Shown: piece after piece, positions 36,628-50,318 of the stretch
How positions within the stretch are numbered: position 1 is the first letter of the stretch
Layout of the letters: each line of letters opens with the position of its first letter
Assembly (NCBI RefSeq): GCF_006345805.1
Contig: NC_043024.1
Span: forward strand, 16,244,001 to 16,308,000
Length of the DNA: 64,000 nt
Direction of reading: 5' to 3'
Source of the DNA: Octopus sinensis
Lineage: Eukaryota
Program-made: the position numbers and the translations under genes
Notes under the pieces: generated by a model
What the model was told of the DNA's origin: nothing
Seen by the model: the letters and a program-made list of their open reading frames with translations, nothing else
Databases searched by the model: none

Positions 36628-36833
36628 TTTTCTTTTACTTGTTTCAGTCATTTGACTGCAGCCATGCTGGAGCACCGCCTTTAGTCGAGCAACTTGACCC
36701 CAGGACTTATTCTTTTTGTAAGCCCAGTACTTATTCTATCGGTCTCTTTTTGCCGAACTGCTAAGTGACGGGGACGTAAACACACCAGCATTGGTTGTCA
36801 AGCAATGCTAGGGGAACAAGCACAGACACACAA

Positions 36834-36864
<31 letters not shown>

Positions 36865-37030
36865 CATATATACGACAGGCTTCTTTCAGTTTCGATCTAC
36901 CAAATCCACTCACAAGGCATTGGTTGGCCCGGGGCTACAGCAGAAGACACTTGCCCAAGATGCCACACAGTGGGACTGAACCCGGAACAATGTGGTTGGT
37001 TAGCAAGCTACTTACCACACAGCCACTCCT
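36628..37030 (-). mobile_element. SINE family A
   Basis: Full-length reverse complement match. Confidence 0.9.
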
Positions 37031-37874
37031 AATCTTCATTTTGCTTTTGAATGAGCCGTAGGATTGCTTTAATCAACCCAAATAAGGGGGCAATCTCTGA
37101 CCTTCTTGCCTGCACTTTTTCCATGTTTATTTTTCTTTTTTTCTTTTTAATGCTGCCATCCCCACCCGCATTTCCTCTTTTCTTTCAATAAAATGGGGAA
37201 AATATTAGATAATCAAGAAAAGTAAGTGGTGCGATGAGGAAATAACTGAAACAACAAACATTTCTGCTGCCGGCTGCAAGTTGTTGCTCTGACAACAGAA
37301 TAGGCTATGAAATTAAAATTCTTTTACACAAGACTCTATTGTCTGAAATTATCTTAGCTTAAATAAAATCAGGATATAATTAATAAACCATGTAAACTCA
37401 CACACACACACTCTCTCTCTCTCTTTCTTACCCAAGGTTAACTGAGCCTAAAACCATGCTATTGGAAAGCAAGTTAATTATAGGAAGATAATTTAATTAA
37501 ACAATTTGGGCCAAGATGGAAAAGAAGGAGTAACAAAGAAAAAATTGGAAGCACATCATGACCAGTTGTAGGAAGGAATTAAGAGAGGTGATTTATCAAG
37601 AGTTATGCCCTTGCCCCACAAAAAAACTGTTCATAGTGACTGCCAGTAAAAATGGTCTGAATTGAGGGTAGCATTGGGCTAATATGTGTGCAGCAGGTTT
37701 TGAAGTGGGTATTGTGTAGATGGCCAAATTTGTAAACATATATGTGGTAAATGTGTTAAGTGTGTTTATGTGTGTATGGTTTGGTGTGGTCAGAACTTTG
37801 CTGGGCTCTCAGATTGTGATGGTGGAGGTCCTCATGTGTATAATTGTGGTGGAACTTGTAGGTAAGTGATCACG

Positions 37875-38260
37875 TATAATTTTTATAAGGGCATGAGTGG
37901 AATAATTTACTCCTGCAGTTTAAATGGGTGTCTAATTGAAGAGAACTTTTTAATATAATTCTTTTTTCTTTTTTGCTTAGGCATGGCTTGCACTTCTCCA
38001 GCACTCATCACTCGAAGTAGTAATCCATGGTCTTTTCCTTCAATGACCATACATGCCTAGCCATGGCTGTGATATTGTGTTTCTCCTGGATATTAAAGGA
38101 AGACTTATGGTTGTTAATTCAGGTTTTGAAAGGATCTTCTGTCATGCCCACAAACTTCCAAACAACACACTATCTGCTTGGGGTCCTTTGATGACACATA
38201 TACAATTGCCTTTTTGTTGCAGTAGTCATTAATAGAATATATAGTGTTGCTTGTGTACAA
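37875..38260 (-). pseudogene. Penelope-like element GIY-YIG endonuclease fossil
   Basis: KKAIVYV, KFVGMTEDPFKT*INNHKSSFN, TAMARHVWSLKEK, VLEKCKP and CRSKLFHSCPYKN match the PLE endonuclease C-terminus; in-frame stops keep it off the ORF track. Confidence 0.8.
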
Positions 38261-38503
38261 GCCTCTGTTTCAAGTATGGATTTACCTAACAATATTTTGT
38301 TTATATTAGATGCACAGCTAAAAGAAACACTCAAGATGTGTCTGTTAAATACTTTGTGGAACCTATTTATAAACAGAAAGTGTTTATCTCTAAGCTAAGG
38401 AAGATCATACCTACACAAGTTTATATGTTTATCCACCCATACATCTGTAAATTCATCCATCTAACTCTCCTTCTCTCTCTATCTCCTCTCTTTCCCTTCT
38501 TCC

Positions 38504-38633
<130 letters not shown>

Positions 38634-39239
38634 TAGGTAGATACATACATACATGCATACATAAGTATATTGTTTCTGATTCTGACAGTTAAGAAATAGT
38701 TAATAAAGACTAATGCCAAAATCATTGATAATTTCTTCATCCTTTCTTTTCTTCTTAGTTTTGCTTGCTTTTTATATTTCCCTGTTTGTGTTGTGGAATC
38801 TCTGGCAAACTCCATGGAGGACGGCTGTCCACTTTGCAGGAACTGAGCTGATTCATATGACGTGGGTGTGGTGTACTTTAAATCAATTGTTTATATATTT
38901 GCCCTTTTCTCTGTCTTGCAGTATATGTCTGTGCATGTGTGTGTATATGTGTGTGTGTGTGCATGTATGTATGGAGGTAGGTAGATAAGTAGGTTGGTAT
39001 GCATATATGTAGCAGTGACTTGGCAGAATCATTAGAACATTCTATAAAATGTCTTTACAATTAAAGTTCAAATCCAGCAAAGGTCAATCTATCTTTCATT
39101 CTCTCAGAAATACAGTTTCAGCCAAGTTCTTCTTTCCTCCAGCTTCTTTCCCTCCAGCTGTTAAATTATGGACATCCTTCAGGATGAAGAGTGGGTAAGT
39201 CAGGAGCCCGTCCCTGCATGCTAGCCTTATTTCTTTCCT

Positions 39240-40020
39240 ATTTTTTCATATCCTCTGTGTTCAAGACCCATATCTCATTACCATGTAGCATTGCAGTTCT
39301 AACACAAACATCGTATAATCTGCCCATCACTCTATGGGAAAAGACATCTGTTGCCAATAACAACAGTAGCTCCCTGAACGTTTCCCAGCCTGTTCTTACC
39401 CTGGTTGCCATACTCCCAGAACAACCACCTTCACTGCCATGCATGTCATGACTTCCAGTAAGTCTCCTGAGAATTTAAGAAAATGCATTTTAGGTGTGCT
39501 CTTTGTGTTTGTTGCCTCAGTGCATCTGCCACATACAAATCCTGCCTTCATTGTTACTCTGTCTCTGATTACACTGAGTAAAGCATATGGAGTTCCGGCT
39601 TACTCATTTTCTACATCCTGAGCAAGGCTTTTTTCCCTGCTGGAACCATGATCCTGTCTTCTGTTTTACTTCTAACTTATGCTATGTTTACTGTGAGACT
39701 CTTGATTCTAGCTTCCATGTCTGGAATTTCTACTGTTATTCTACTAAAGATTCAGCTGTAAGAACTAAATCATCAACATAAAATCGTTCCCAAGGACAAT
39801 CAGTCATGAAGTCCTCTGTGAAGGTCTGTTGGACTATGTGGGTTGTGGACTGAACATTTATGGACTCCTGTCTTCATGCTGAAGTCATTGTTAAACTCAT
39901 TGCTGACTTTTACATTATTAACTGCTCCCTTGTATATAGGTTGTACAGATCTAACAAGCCTTTCATTTTAGGCTTTCAAGAACTGTACATGATGATCCAG
40001 TCTCAGTCTTTTCTATTGTT
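39240..40020 (-). pseudogene. Decayed RTE RT fragment
   Basis: GGCSGSMATRVRTGWETFRELL, GRLYDVCVRTAMLHGNE, FVCGRC and YVDDLVL parallel 29200-29850. Confidence 0.8.
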
Positions 40021-40479
40021 ATTGTTGTAGGATGTGCTCTGATGAACTCCCTTAATTCCAGATCACCTGACTTGAAACGCAGAGTATCTTCACCCAAATG
40101 CTGTTGTGCTTCAATGACTAAGGAAACCTTTCAAGGGTCACAACTTTGGAACTATCTTCCTTCTTATTTTTTTTTCTCCTTCTTATGACCTGAACTCTTT
40201 CAGGTCTGAAGAAAGTTCATTCCTTTTGTCTTAACTTCTTTCTCATAGTCCCTTACGCTAAATGGCTTCTCACCTTATTTGGGGCTTTCTTATATTTAAA
40301 AAAACCCCCATTAGATTACTGAGTATGGTACCCAGTCAAAATATTTCTCTAAGTTATCAAATGCCATGTATAGTACTTTATCCTAAGTTAAGTACTTCTG
40401 GTGTTGCCTCACCTGGAAGGTGGCATCTGTGGCAGCATCTCTGAGTACAAAACCAAACTGATAGAGTGTGGCACTTCTT

Positions 40480-41190
40480 CACACAGCCGTATGAATGAAA
40501 ACAGCCATATGAAGAAGTCCCGCACTATAACAGTGGAGGGAACCTGTGGAAGAAGTAGACACAGGAAGACATGGGATGAAGTGGTGAAGCATGATCTTTG
40601 AATGTTGGGCTTCACTGAAGCAATGCCAAGTGACCAATACTTTTGGCAATACACTGAGCTTGAGATGACCCATCAAGCTAAGTGAGATCATAGTCATAGC
40701 TGATGCTGGGGTCACATAACTGGCATGTAAAAAGCACCCTTCAAACATTGGGCAATATGCTGTGCTTGAGGAGACCTGTCAAGCCAAGTGAAACTGTAGT
40801 CGTGGCTGATACCAGTGCCGTCTGACTGGCACCCAAGCTGGTGGCATGTAAAAAGCAGTATTTGAGCACTCGGCCTCGTGGAGGCAGTGACAGGTGACTA
40901 AGACCTTTGGCAAGATACTGTGATTGTTTAGACCTGTCGAGCCAAGTGAGAGTGTATTCATGGCCAATGCCAGTGTCAGATCAATGGCACCTGTGCCAGT
41001 GGCACATAAAAAGCACCCACCACACTTTTGGAGTGGTTGGCATTAGGAGGGGCTTCCAGTTGTAGAAACCTTGCCAGATCAGATTGGAACCTGGTGCAGC
41101 TCCCTGGCTTATTAGTTCTCAGTCAAACCATCCAGCCCATGCCAGCATCGAAAACAAACGTTAAATGATGATGATGATGATGATGATGTT
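40480..41190 (+). mobile_element. RTE LINE 3' end
   Basis: VEGTCGRSRHRKTWDEVVKHDL plus UTR and (GAT)n tail. Confidence 0.85.
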
Positions 41191-41694
41191 GATGTGTCTC
41201 ACTAACATTATTCTGTGGTATTTTTTTTGATCTCCCATACCCTCATCAAACCACTTCGATGTCTCCGTAATTTCCGCTCCCTTACGCATCTCCTTTGTCC
41301 CTGGGGCAATTTACATTGATACCGCTACACCAGTCATTCGCTATGACACCTTCCTGTATTAACTGATTAACTATTCAGGTGATTATCAGGTACCCTACTT
41401 TGCCAGATATTTTGAGCATCTCAGCGACACGGAAACAAACTGGGGTGGTGTGGTGGTAAGGAATCAGGATGTTGTTAATTGAAGCCAGCATCCATGAATG
41501 ATAACAATAGAGAGACACGAACAATGACATGCACAACTTTCCAATGCAACTGACAACAATCTTTATATTGAAATAGGAAGATAAAATGATAAAATAGGTG
41601 CAGTAAATGAGGAAGCGGTAGGTTTGTGTGTGTATGAGCGTGGGTATGTGTATACACACACACCCACATGCACAAGTATACACACATACACACC

Positions 41695-42165
41695 CATATA
41701 TATAAAGTGTATAATATATATAAACTTGTATAATATATAGTACATATATATGTGTGTGTGTAAATATATATTATGTATAAATATCTATATATATTTATAC
41801 ATATATTTTTATATATTATATGTGTTGTGCGTGTATATATGTATTGTGTGTGTATATCATCATCATCATCATCATCATCGTTTAACGTCCGTTCTCCATG
41901 CTAGCATGGGTTGGACATATATATATATGTATATATATATATATGTATATGTATATGTGTATGTATATATATATACACATACATACATATACATACATAC
42001 ACATACATACATACATAGGTATGTAAATATGCAGACACCCACACATATATGTATTTGTATTCATATTTGTGTGAGTGTGTGTGTGTGTATGTATGTATTT
42101 ATGTATGTATATACATATATATATATATATACATAAATGTATAGATATATGCATACATACACATA
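41695..42165. repeat. TA/TG/CA microsatellite mosaic containing a short RTE tail (about 41855-41915)
   Basis: Directly visible. Confidence 0.9.
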
Positions 42166-42789
42166 AATGTATACAGGAAATACCAGCTTTTGTTCCATTA
42201 GTTCAAATTATTTTTAAGTTACCCTCATTGTTGTCTCACTATCATCATCATCATCATCATCCTCATCTTCATCGCTGTTGTAATAATAATTCTATTATTG
42301 TTACTATGGACCTGCTCCAAACATTACCATCATCAGTTTCACCATTTGCAACATCATTAAACTTCCTCCTGCCTATCGTTGTGTTCGCTTTTATCATCAT
42401 AATTTTCACCATTTTTACACCTTCGTACGCAACGGTATATTAATCAGAGACTGTTTCAAATGTATATTTTACACATTCACAATCGGACATAGATGTATCT
42501 ATATGTATGTGTCTATGTCTGTGTGTAATTGTAAGACTGCTTGCATTCCGTGTTAACATTTGAAAGCATTAGGCTAAAAACGGTGACATTTATTGATATT
42601 CTCTATCAACAAATTGTCTACTAGCCTTGTGCTTTTAAAATCAAGGGGAATGAAATAAAATTCCTTGAAGGGAAGTTAGAGCTAGTGATAGGAAGAACAT
42701 TGGACTGTAAAAAATGTCTCAATAATATGTATTTACTTAACCAGGCTTGTATCAAAAAATGGATGTAAAACAAGTAACTATATAAGTGA

Positions 42790-42896
42790 GATATATACAT
42801 ACATGTACATAACATATATTATATGCATGTATATCTCTCTCACACATACACAGACACATTTGCACAGATATACACACATATACACGTATATATACG

Positions 42897-42958
<62 letters not shown>

Positions 42959-43051
42959 CATACACACAGACATATACCTATATATATACACATACATATA
43001 TGCATACACACATACATATATACACATACATATATACACATACATATACAC

Positions 43052-43095
<44 letters not shown>

Positions 43096-43199
43096 CCACA
43101 TATACACACATACACATTCATATATACACATACATATATACACATACACACATATATATACACACATACATACACACACACACACACATATACATATAC

Positions 43200-43271
<72 letters not shown>

Positions 43272-43340
43272 ATATATATATATATATATAATATAATATA
43301 TATATATATAATACACATACATGCATATACACATATATAC
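42790..43340. repeat. Long (TA)n/(TACA)n mosaic
   Basis: Directly visible. Confidence 0.95.
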
Positions 43341-43399
43341 ATCAACAAAGAAATTAGGGGTTACATTAATCTCTGTAGCAGTTGCAGATGCATAGAATG

Positions 43400-44400
43400 T
43401 AATCATTTGATTTTTATAGCAGGAATGATGATGGTTTAAATACCAGAATGGAGAGAATTACAGAAAAACTAACTGCTTGAAATATTCCCTTTGAAATATT
43501 TATAGCATTGGTGACAAACATTCTGCTCTCAGTTCTATGTATAAGAATCGTTGTCCAAGACTTTGTAAGCCTTGCAGGCACTTTTGCCAAATGTAGGCAC
43601 TTCAGCAGCCAAGAGTGGAGAATAAAGCCAAATGCCTTCCTAGAACCAAGGCTCCCAAGACGATTTTTCTCTTCAGACAGTACAGCTTTGTTTATCAAAG
43701 TTGTTTGGTACTTCCTCATAGTTCCTTCTTTCCACTGATCTGTTCATCAGTCACTATGTTGTTGTACTAACAGTAATCTTGGAGGAATTGATTGAGGCAG
43801 CTTATGTACACTTTGTACATAATGTTTAAGGCAAACGACGGACCTATTGTTTTCTGCCAACACAATGGTTTCATTCTTACCTCTTTATTGCCCACAAGGG
43901 GCAATAAAGGAGACATAGAGGAGACAAACAAAGACAGACAAAAGGATTAAGTCGATTATATCGACCCCAGTGTGTAACTGGTACTTAATTTATCGACCCT
44001 GAAAGGATGAAAGGTAAAGTTGACCTCGCGGAATTTGAACTCAGAATGCAGCAGTGGATGAAATACCACAAAGCATTTTGCCCAGAATGCTAACGTTTCT
44101 GCCAGCTTGCCGCCTCATTGGTTTCATTCTTGGCTACAAGATTTCTCCATGCTACAGAAAACTAATCTGGTATATCAACCTGATCTTCCATAATGCTTTA
44201 AATACACATTTCAGTGGTTTCCTGTAAAACGTCATCCTTTTGAACCAGTATCCAACTATAAGATCCCTTTCAAGTGCCTTCTCATGAAGCAGTTTGCCTT
44301 CTGCTAAGGGCAAAGTTCCCAGATCAACTGCATATGTTTTACAGCTGATGCTGGTCCAGTAGTCTCTCTTCGCTGCATTCAATCATGATACATTAACGTT
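43400..44400 (-). pseudogene. R4/Dong-like RT fossil interrupted by a SINE
   Basis: DLIVGYWFKRMT, NIMYKVYISCLNQFLQDYC, EQISGKK, KAFGFILHSWLL and [29 protein letters not shown]. Confidence 0.75.
43879..44118 (-). mobile_element. SINE family B
   Basis: 13 bp TSD TGGTTTCATTCTT at 43866-43878 and 44119-44131. Confidence 0.9.
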
Positions 44401-44654
44401 GAAATCTCTCTTCAGTCCATATTTTCAACCACAATGATTCAAGGCCTTCTTGAGAAGGGGTTTTCTTAAAGGTAATATTTTCCTCCCTCATCTCTCTGTA
44501 TAATGTCTGTGGGTTAGAATCAAACTTATGATTTATACAGGCTCAGTCAAGAATCTGCTTGAAGTAGCAAAGATTTTCACTCAGTGCCCTCACTTCATGT
44601 TTCATAGTAATTAACCTTCTCTCAAGGGCTGGGTGTGAAGAGTCATCATAAAGT

Positions 44655-45020
44655 TTTACTCTTTACTCTTTTACTTGCTTCATTTGACTGCGGCCATGCT
44701 GGAGCACTGCCTTTAGTCTAGCAAATTGACCCCAGGACTTATCCTTTGTAAGCCTAGTACTTATTCAATCGGGGACAAAAGCACACCAGCATCAGTTGTC
44801 AAGCAATGTTGGGGGGACAAACACAGACACACAAACGTATACAAACACACAAACATTTATATATATACATATATACGATGGGCTTCTTTCAGTTTCCGTC
44901 TACCAAATCCACTCACAAGGTTTTGGTCGGCCCAAGGCTATAGTAGAAGACACTACTAGGTGTCATGCAATGGGACTAATCCCAGAACCATGCGGTTCAT
45001 AAGCAAGCTACTTACCACAC
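44655..45020 (-). mobile_element. SINE family A with internal deletion
   Basis: Reverse complement match. Confidence 0.85.
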
Positions 45021-45139
45021 TAGATGCTTTTAACATGGCACCAGCACTGGTAGGGTCACCAAATAACTCGTAAGACTAGGAATTATGAGAGGGGCAGGGG
45101 AATTCGAGGAGGGGAACTTGTGTCAGAGGATGAGAGGTT

Positions 45140-45198
45140 ATATATATTTATAGATAGATAGATAGATAAAGAGAGAGAGAGAGAGAGATAAATAGAGT

Positions 45199-45268
<70 letters not shown>

Positions 45269-45283
45269 TAGATAGATAGATAA

Positions 45284-45317
<34 letters not shown>

Positions 45318-45445
45318 GATAGATAGATAGATAGAAGAAAGAAAGACAGATAGATAGATAGACAGATAGACAGATAGAGGGATAGATTGATAGATAGATA
45401 GAGAGAGAGAGAGATAAATAGAGGGGTAGATTGATAGATAGATAA

Positions 45446-45516
<71 letters not shown>

Positions 45517-45600
45517 GTAAATAGAGGGATAGATTGATAGATAGATAGATAGATAAAGATTGAGAGAGAGAGAGAGAGATAAATAGAGGGATAGATAGAC
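45140..45600. repeat. (GATA)n/(GACA)n/(GA)n compound microsatellite
   Basis: Directly visible. Confidence 0.95.
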
Positions 45601-45955
45601 AGTTAGATATCACTGATCATTAGTGCATGCACTACAAATCCCCTGCAATTTTATATCATTTAAGTTGGTGCTGTTAGTGTATATCTGCTATTTAATCTGT
45701 GCCAATATTATCTCTGGAATTGTCTCACTTGTGTCATAAGTAATGAAGAAAGAGGGAAAAGAGGAAGGAGGAAAGAGGAAAAAGAGGAAGGAGGAGAGAA
45801 TGCAAGAAAAATGAATATGGGAATAGAGAAGATATAGAGAAAAGAGGAAAGAAATTTCAAAGAAAGTGACAATTAATGGAAAAGAGGAACAGAGATGGGG
45901 GAAAGGGAAAAATGGTAAACAGAGAAGGAAGCATTTTGAAGATGACAAATTGAAA

Positions 45956-46364
45956 TACTCTTTTACTCTTTTACTTGTTTCAGTCATTTGACTGCAGCCA
46001 TGCTGGAGCACCACCTTTAGTCGAGCAAATCGACCCCAGGACTTATTCTTTGTAAGCCTAGTACTTATTCTATCAGTCTCTTTAGCCGAACCGCTAAATT
46101 ACAGGGACATAAACACACCAACATCAGTTGTCAAGCGATGCTGGGGGGGGGGGGACAAACACAGACACACAAACATATACACACACATACATATGTATAT
46201 ACATATACGATGGGCTTCTTTCAGTTTCCGTCTATCAAATCCACTCACAAGGCTTTGGTTGACCCAAGGCTATAGTAGGAGACACTTGCTCAAAGTGGGA
46301 CTGAACCCGGAACCATGTGGTTGGTAAGCAAGCTACTTACGACACAACCCCTCCTACGCCTATA
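45956..46364 (-). mobile_element. SINE family A
   Basis: Full-length reverse complement match. Confidence 0.9.
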
Positions 46365-46384
46365 GGAAATAATAATAATTTGTT

Positions 46385-46815
46385 TCCAACAACAACAACA
46401 ACAATAATCCTTTCTACTGGAAACACAAGGCCTCAAATTTTTGAGAAAGTGATTAAGTCAATTACATCGAACCCAGTACATAACTAGTACTAATTTTATT
46501 GACCCCAAAAGAATGAAAGGCAACGTCGATCTTGGCGGAATTCGAACTCAAAACCCAACAGTGGACGAAATACCGACATGCTAATGTTTCTTATTTCTTT
46601 ATAGCCCACAAGGGGCTAAACATAGAGGGGACAAACAAGGACAGACAAACGGATCAAGTCGATAACATCAACCCCAGTGTGTAATTGGTACTTAATTTAT
46701 CGACCCCGAAAGGATGAAAGGCAAAGTCGAGCTCGGCGAAATTTGAACTCAGACTGCAACAGCAGACAAGATACCACAAAGCATTTCACCTGGCGTGCTA
46801 ACGTTTCTGCCAGCC
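46385..46815 (-). mobile_element. SINE family B dimer with two tail variants
   Basis: Two B cores in tandem. Confidence 0.75.
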
Positions 46816-46844
46816 TGAACAATTATGAAGGAGGATGGGGAGGG

Positions 46845-46977
46845 GAGGAGGAGGAGGAGGAGGAGGAGGAGGAGGAGGAGAAGAAGAAGAAGAAGAAGAA
46901 GAAGAAGAAGAAGAAGAAGAAGAAGAAGAAGAGAAGAAGAAGAAGAAGAAGAAGAAGAAGAAGAAGAAGAAGAAGAA
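46845..46977. repeat. (GAG)n then (AAG)n polypurine tract
   Basis: Directly visible. Confidence 0.95.
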
Positions 46978-47439
46978 TATAAAAGAAAAATTGTAGGTAA
47001 AAATAAAGAAAAATGGGGGAAAAAATAGACACCCTGAAGAAATATTTGGTGTGCCAATGATAAATAAGTGTAAAAAGAATTCCTACTGGAGTTTAAAGAA
47101 ATTTAATCACCACAACGAAGAATTTTTATTGTATTAGTTTGCATTATCGATCAGAAGTGTGTTTACTAGAAAGAAATAGAAAAAAGGTGAGAAAAAAAAG
47201 CAGTTGTCGTTTCTATTTATTTTTTTATCAGCTTGGAGTATGTGACTTTGTTCTGTGTATATTGGGGACTGTCTTTACCTATCTCACTATCAAACTCTCT
47301 GTTTATGCAACAGTATGTAGTCTGTCTGTGTGTCTGTCACATTCCACATCTCTCTGTATCATTTTTTTGTTATTCTCTTTATACATACTTCTCAACCTAC
47401 ATACATATATACGTAGGTATGTTGACCTACACACTTACT

Positions 47440-47470
<31 letters not shown>

Positions 47471-47554
47471 CGTTTAACGTCTGCTTTCCATGCTAGCATG
47501 GGTTGGACCATATATTTATATATATATATATTTATATATATACATATACATATA

Positions 47555-47587
<33 letters not shown>

Positions 47588-47589
47588 GT

Positions 47590-47888
47590 GGAGGCGCGAT
47601 GGCCCAGTGGTTAGGGCAGCGGACTTGCAGTCGGAGGATCGCGGTTTCAATTCCCAGACAGGGCGTTGTGTGTGTTTATTGAGCGAAAACACCTAAAAAA
47701 GCTCCACGAGGCTCCGGCAGGGGGTGGTGATCCCTGCTGTACTCTTTCACCACTCTTTCTCCCACTTTCTTGTGTTGGCCTGCACGCTTAGCCAGCAGGG
47801 TGGCGTCGTTCGAAGGCTAAAACAATGCGAACGCATTGTGACCAGCGATGTGTAACAACATCTGATGGTCTGGTCAGTCAGTGATCAC
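47590..47888 (+). mobile_element. tRNA-headed SINE family C, copy 1
   Basis: A box TGGCCCAGTGG, B box GGTTTCAATTCC. Confidence 0.8.
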
Positions 47889-47937
47889 ATACATATATAC
47901 ATACACACACACACATATATATATACATATACATATA

Positions 47938-47970
<33 letters not shown>

Positions 47971-47972
47971 GT

Positions 47973-48273
47973 GGAGGCGCGATGGCCCAGTGGTTAGGGC
48001 AGCGGACTTGCAGTCGGAGGATCGCGGTTTCAATTCCCAGACAGGGCGTTGTGTGTGTTTATTGAGCGAAAACACCTAAAAAAGCTCCACGAGGCTCCGG
48101 CAGGGGGTGGTGATCCCTGCTGTACTCTTTCACCACTCTTTCTCCCACTTTCTTGTGTTGGCCTGCACGCTTAGCCAGCAGGGTGGCGTCGTTCGAAGGC
48201 TAAAACAATGCGAACGCATTGTGACCAGCGATGTGTAACAACATCTGATGGTCTGGTCAGTCACGTGATCACA
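47973..48273 (+). mobile_element. tRNA-headed SINE family C, copy 2 (tandem duplicate)
   Basis: Identical to copy 1 apart from two single-base indels; offset 383. Confidence 0.8.
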
Positions 48274-48314
48274 TACATATATACATACACACACACACAT
48301 ATATATATACATAC

Positions 48315-48346
<32 letters not shown>

Positions 48347-48347
<1 letters not shown>

Positions 48348-48497
48348 AATTTCATAATTATAAGCATAATTATAATTAGGACTCAGCAAATTGCTTCACC
48401 ACATACCGAGTATTTAACTGCTATTTCTAAATTTTGGTATGTGGTGAAGCAATTTGCTGAAATCCTAATTGTAATTATGCTTATAATTATGAAATTT
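48347..48497. repeat. About 61 bp inverted repeat with 28 nt loop
   Basis: 48347-48407 versus 48436-48497. Confidence 0.9.
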
Positions 48498-48521
48498 TTG
48501 TATAAGTTTACCGATAAAGGG

Positions 48522-48721
48522 TCTTTTAACATACCAAACTACTTGGTAAAATTATTAATTAGTAAATGAATTAATTTTACCCTTTATTATTATTGAAAAT
48601 ATATATTTAGAGAGAGAGAGAGAGAGCAATAAGAAAATGGAAGGGATTAATAGGTGGTTCTTCAACTTTTAGACATTATATTATGTCAATTTATTTATTT
48701 ATTTACTAAAATGACAATTAC
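48522..48721 (-). mobile_element. About 200 bp element, inverted copy of 52084-52279
   Basis: Few substitutions and one (GA)n length difference. Confidence 0.8.
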
Positions 48722-48827
48722 AAGAATATACATACATGCATAATATATTATGCTTTACATATAAAATATATAAAGATACCAGTAATTATTAAAATATATA
48801 ACATACAGGAATATAAATTGCGAAAAT

Positions 48828-48951
48828 ATCTTACAGCTGTTTCAGCCAAGAGGCAAAAATACCTCATTCTACCTTTATTCCTCCAGTAGATTGAAATAAT
48901 AAATAGATGAAATTGAGGTACTTGGGTGTTTCTCTAGGCTTCGTCAGAGAT
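48828..48951 (-). ncRNA. Hammerhead fold with canonical core and long stem II (H3)
   Basis: AUCU-CUGACGA-AGCCUAGAG(about 80 nt)CUCUUGGCU-GAA-ACAGCUGU-A-AGAU. Confidence 0.7.
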
Positions 48952-49399
48952 TTTAGAAATTTTGCATACATACAGATACTTATATATGAAGCATACAGAG
49001 AACAGGTGAGGACTAGATATGCTTAATAAAGAAAACATGTAGTAGTGTCCAAGTGAATTTGAACTTAAACTCCAAATTCTTCAACCAAAACTAGATCCAT
49101 TGCATCAAAGATGGTTATAAGAGAAATTCGAGACTAGCTAATAAGATAGTGATGCAGATAAATACAGTTAGGCTTCACACACACACACATACACACACGC
49201 ATACACATACACACACATGCGTGCACACACACAAACACACACATATACACAGGCACATATATCTATATAGATTCAGGAAGATAAACACACACACATATAC
49301 ATACACACTCACTCACACACATATACAGGCACATATGTCTATATATATGCAGGAAGATAAATACACACACACACACATATATATATGCGGTGATATACC

Positions 49400-49870
49400 A
49401 TGCTTGTGTAGACTTGTCAAACCAAGTGAGACCGTAGTTGTGGTTGATGTTAGTGTCAGCTCAATGACACTCATGCCAATGGTATGTAAGGAACACCCAC
49501 TACACTCTCAGAGTGGTTGAGGGCATCCAGCTGTAGAGAGCATGCCAAATCAGATTGGGACCTGGTGCAGCTCCCCAACTTATCAGTTTTCAGCATGGGT
49601 TGGACGTTAAATGATGTTGATGATAATGATATATATACATATATATATATATCATCATCATCATCATCATCGTTTAACGTCTGTTCTCCATGCTGGCATG
49701 GGTTGGACGGTTTGACTGTCTGGAGAGCCAACAGCTGCACAAGGCTCCAATCTGGTCTGGCAATGTTTCTACAGCTGGGTGCCCTTCCTAATGCCAAACA
49801 CTCCAAAAGTGTAGTGGGAGCTTTTTATGTGCCACCAGCACAGGAACCAGTCAGGCTGCCTTGGTATCAA
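49400..49870. mobile_element. Two RTE 3' tails tail-to-tail (+ 49400-49625, - 49652-49870)
   Basis: Both match the RTE UTR end; separated by a short TA tract. Confidence 0.75.
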
Positions 49871-49879
49871 TTATGTTTG

Positions 49880-49917
<38 letters not shown>

Positions 49918-50274
49918 GACACAAAATATATTTACATAGAGCATAAGAAATACAGAACATTAAGAAGAGAATCCATACTTTCTAAATACAACAGCTGTTT
50001 CAAAAATTCTGGAGTTACATAGTAATCATAATATTCATAACATGCAGATGGAATATGCAAATTGTCTTGGGTGGGTAACCAGTAAACAGTCACAAAGAAA
50101 TATCTCCTAATATAATAATGAGTAGTGATTTTATATGTTTGTGTGTGTGTGTATATATATATATATATTAATATATATATATATATATATATAATATATA
50201 TATATATTATAATATACAATTTTCACATATTTGTATATATATATAATATATATAATATACAATTTTCACATATT

Positions 50275-50318
<44 letters not shown>

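Noticed and set aside
46845-46977. Triplex or G-quadruplex potential of the (GAG)n(AAG)n tract
   Set aside because: Generic property of such microsatellites with nothing nearby to suggest function
47590-47660. tRNA-like heads here and in SINE families A and B and at 2582
   Set aside because: No complete cloverleaf with paired acceptor stem evident, and each runs into a SINE body, so not called tRNA genes
49985-50001. GAA-ACAGCUGU-U on the minus strand, same palindrome as H3
   Set aside because: No CUGANGA core or stem II partner found upstream; at most half a motif
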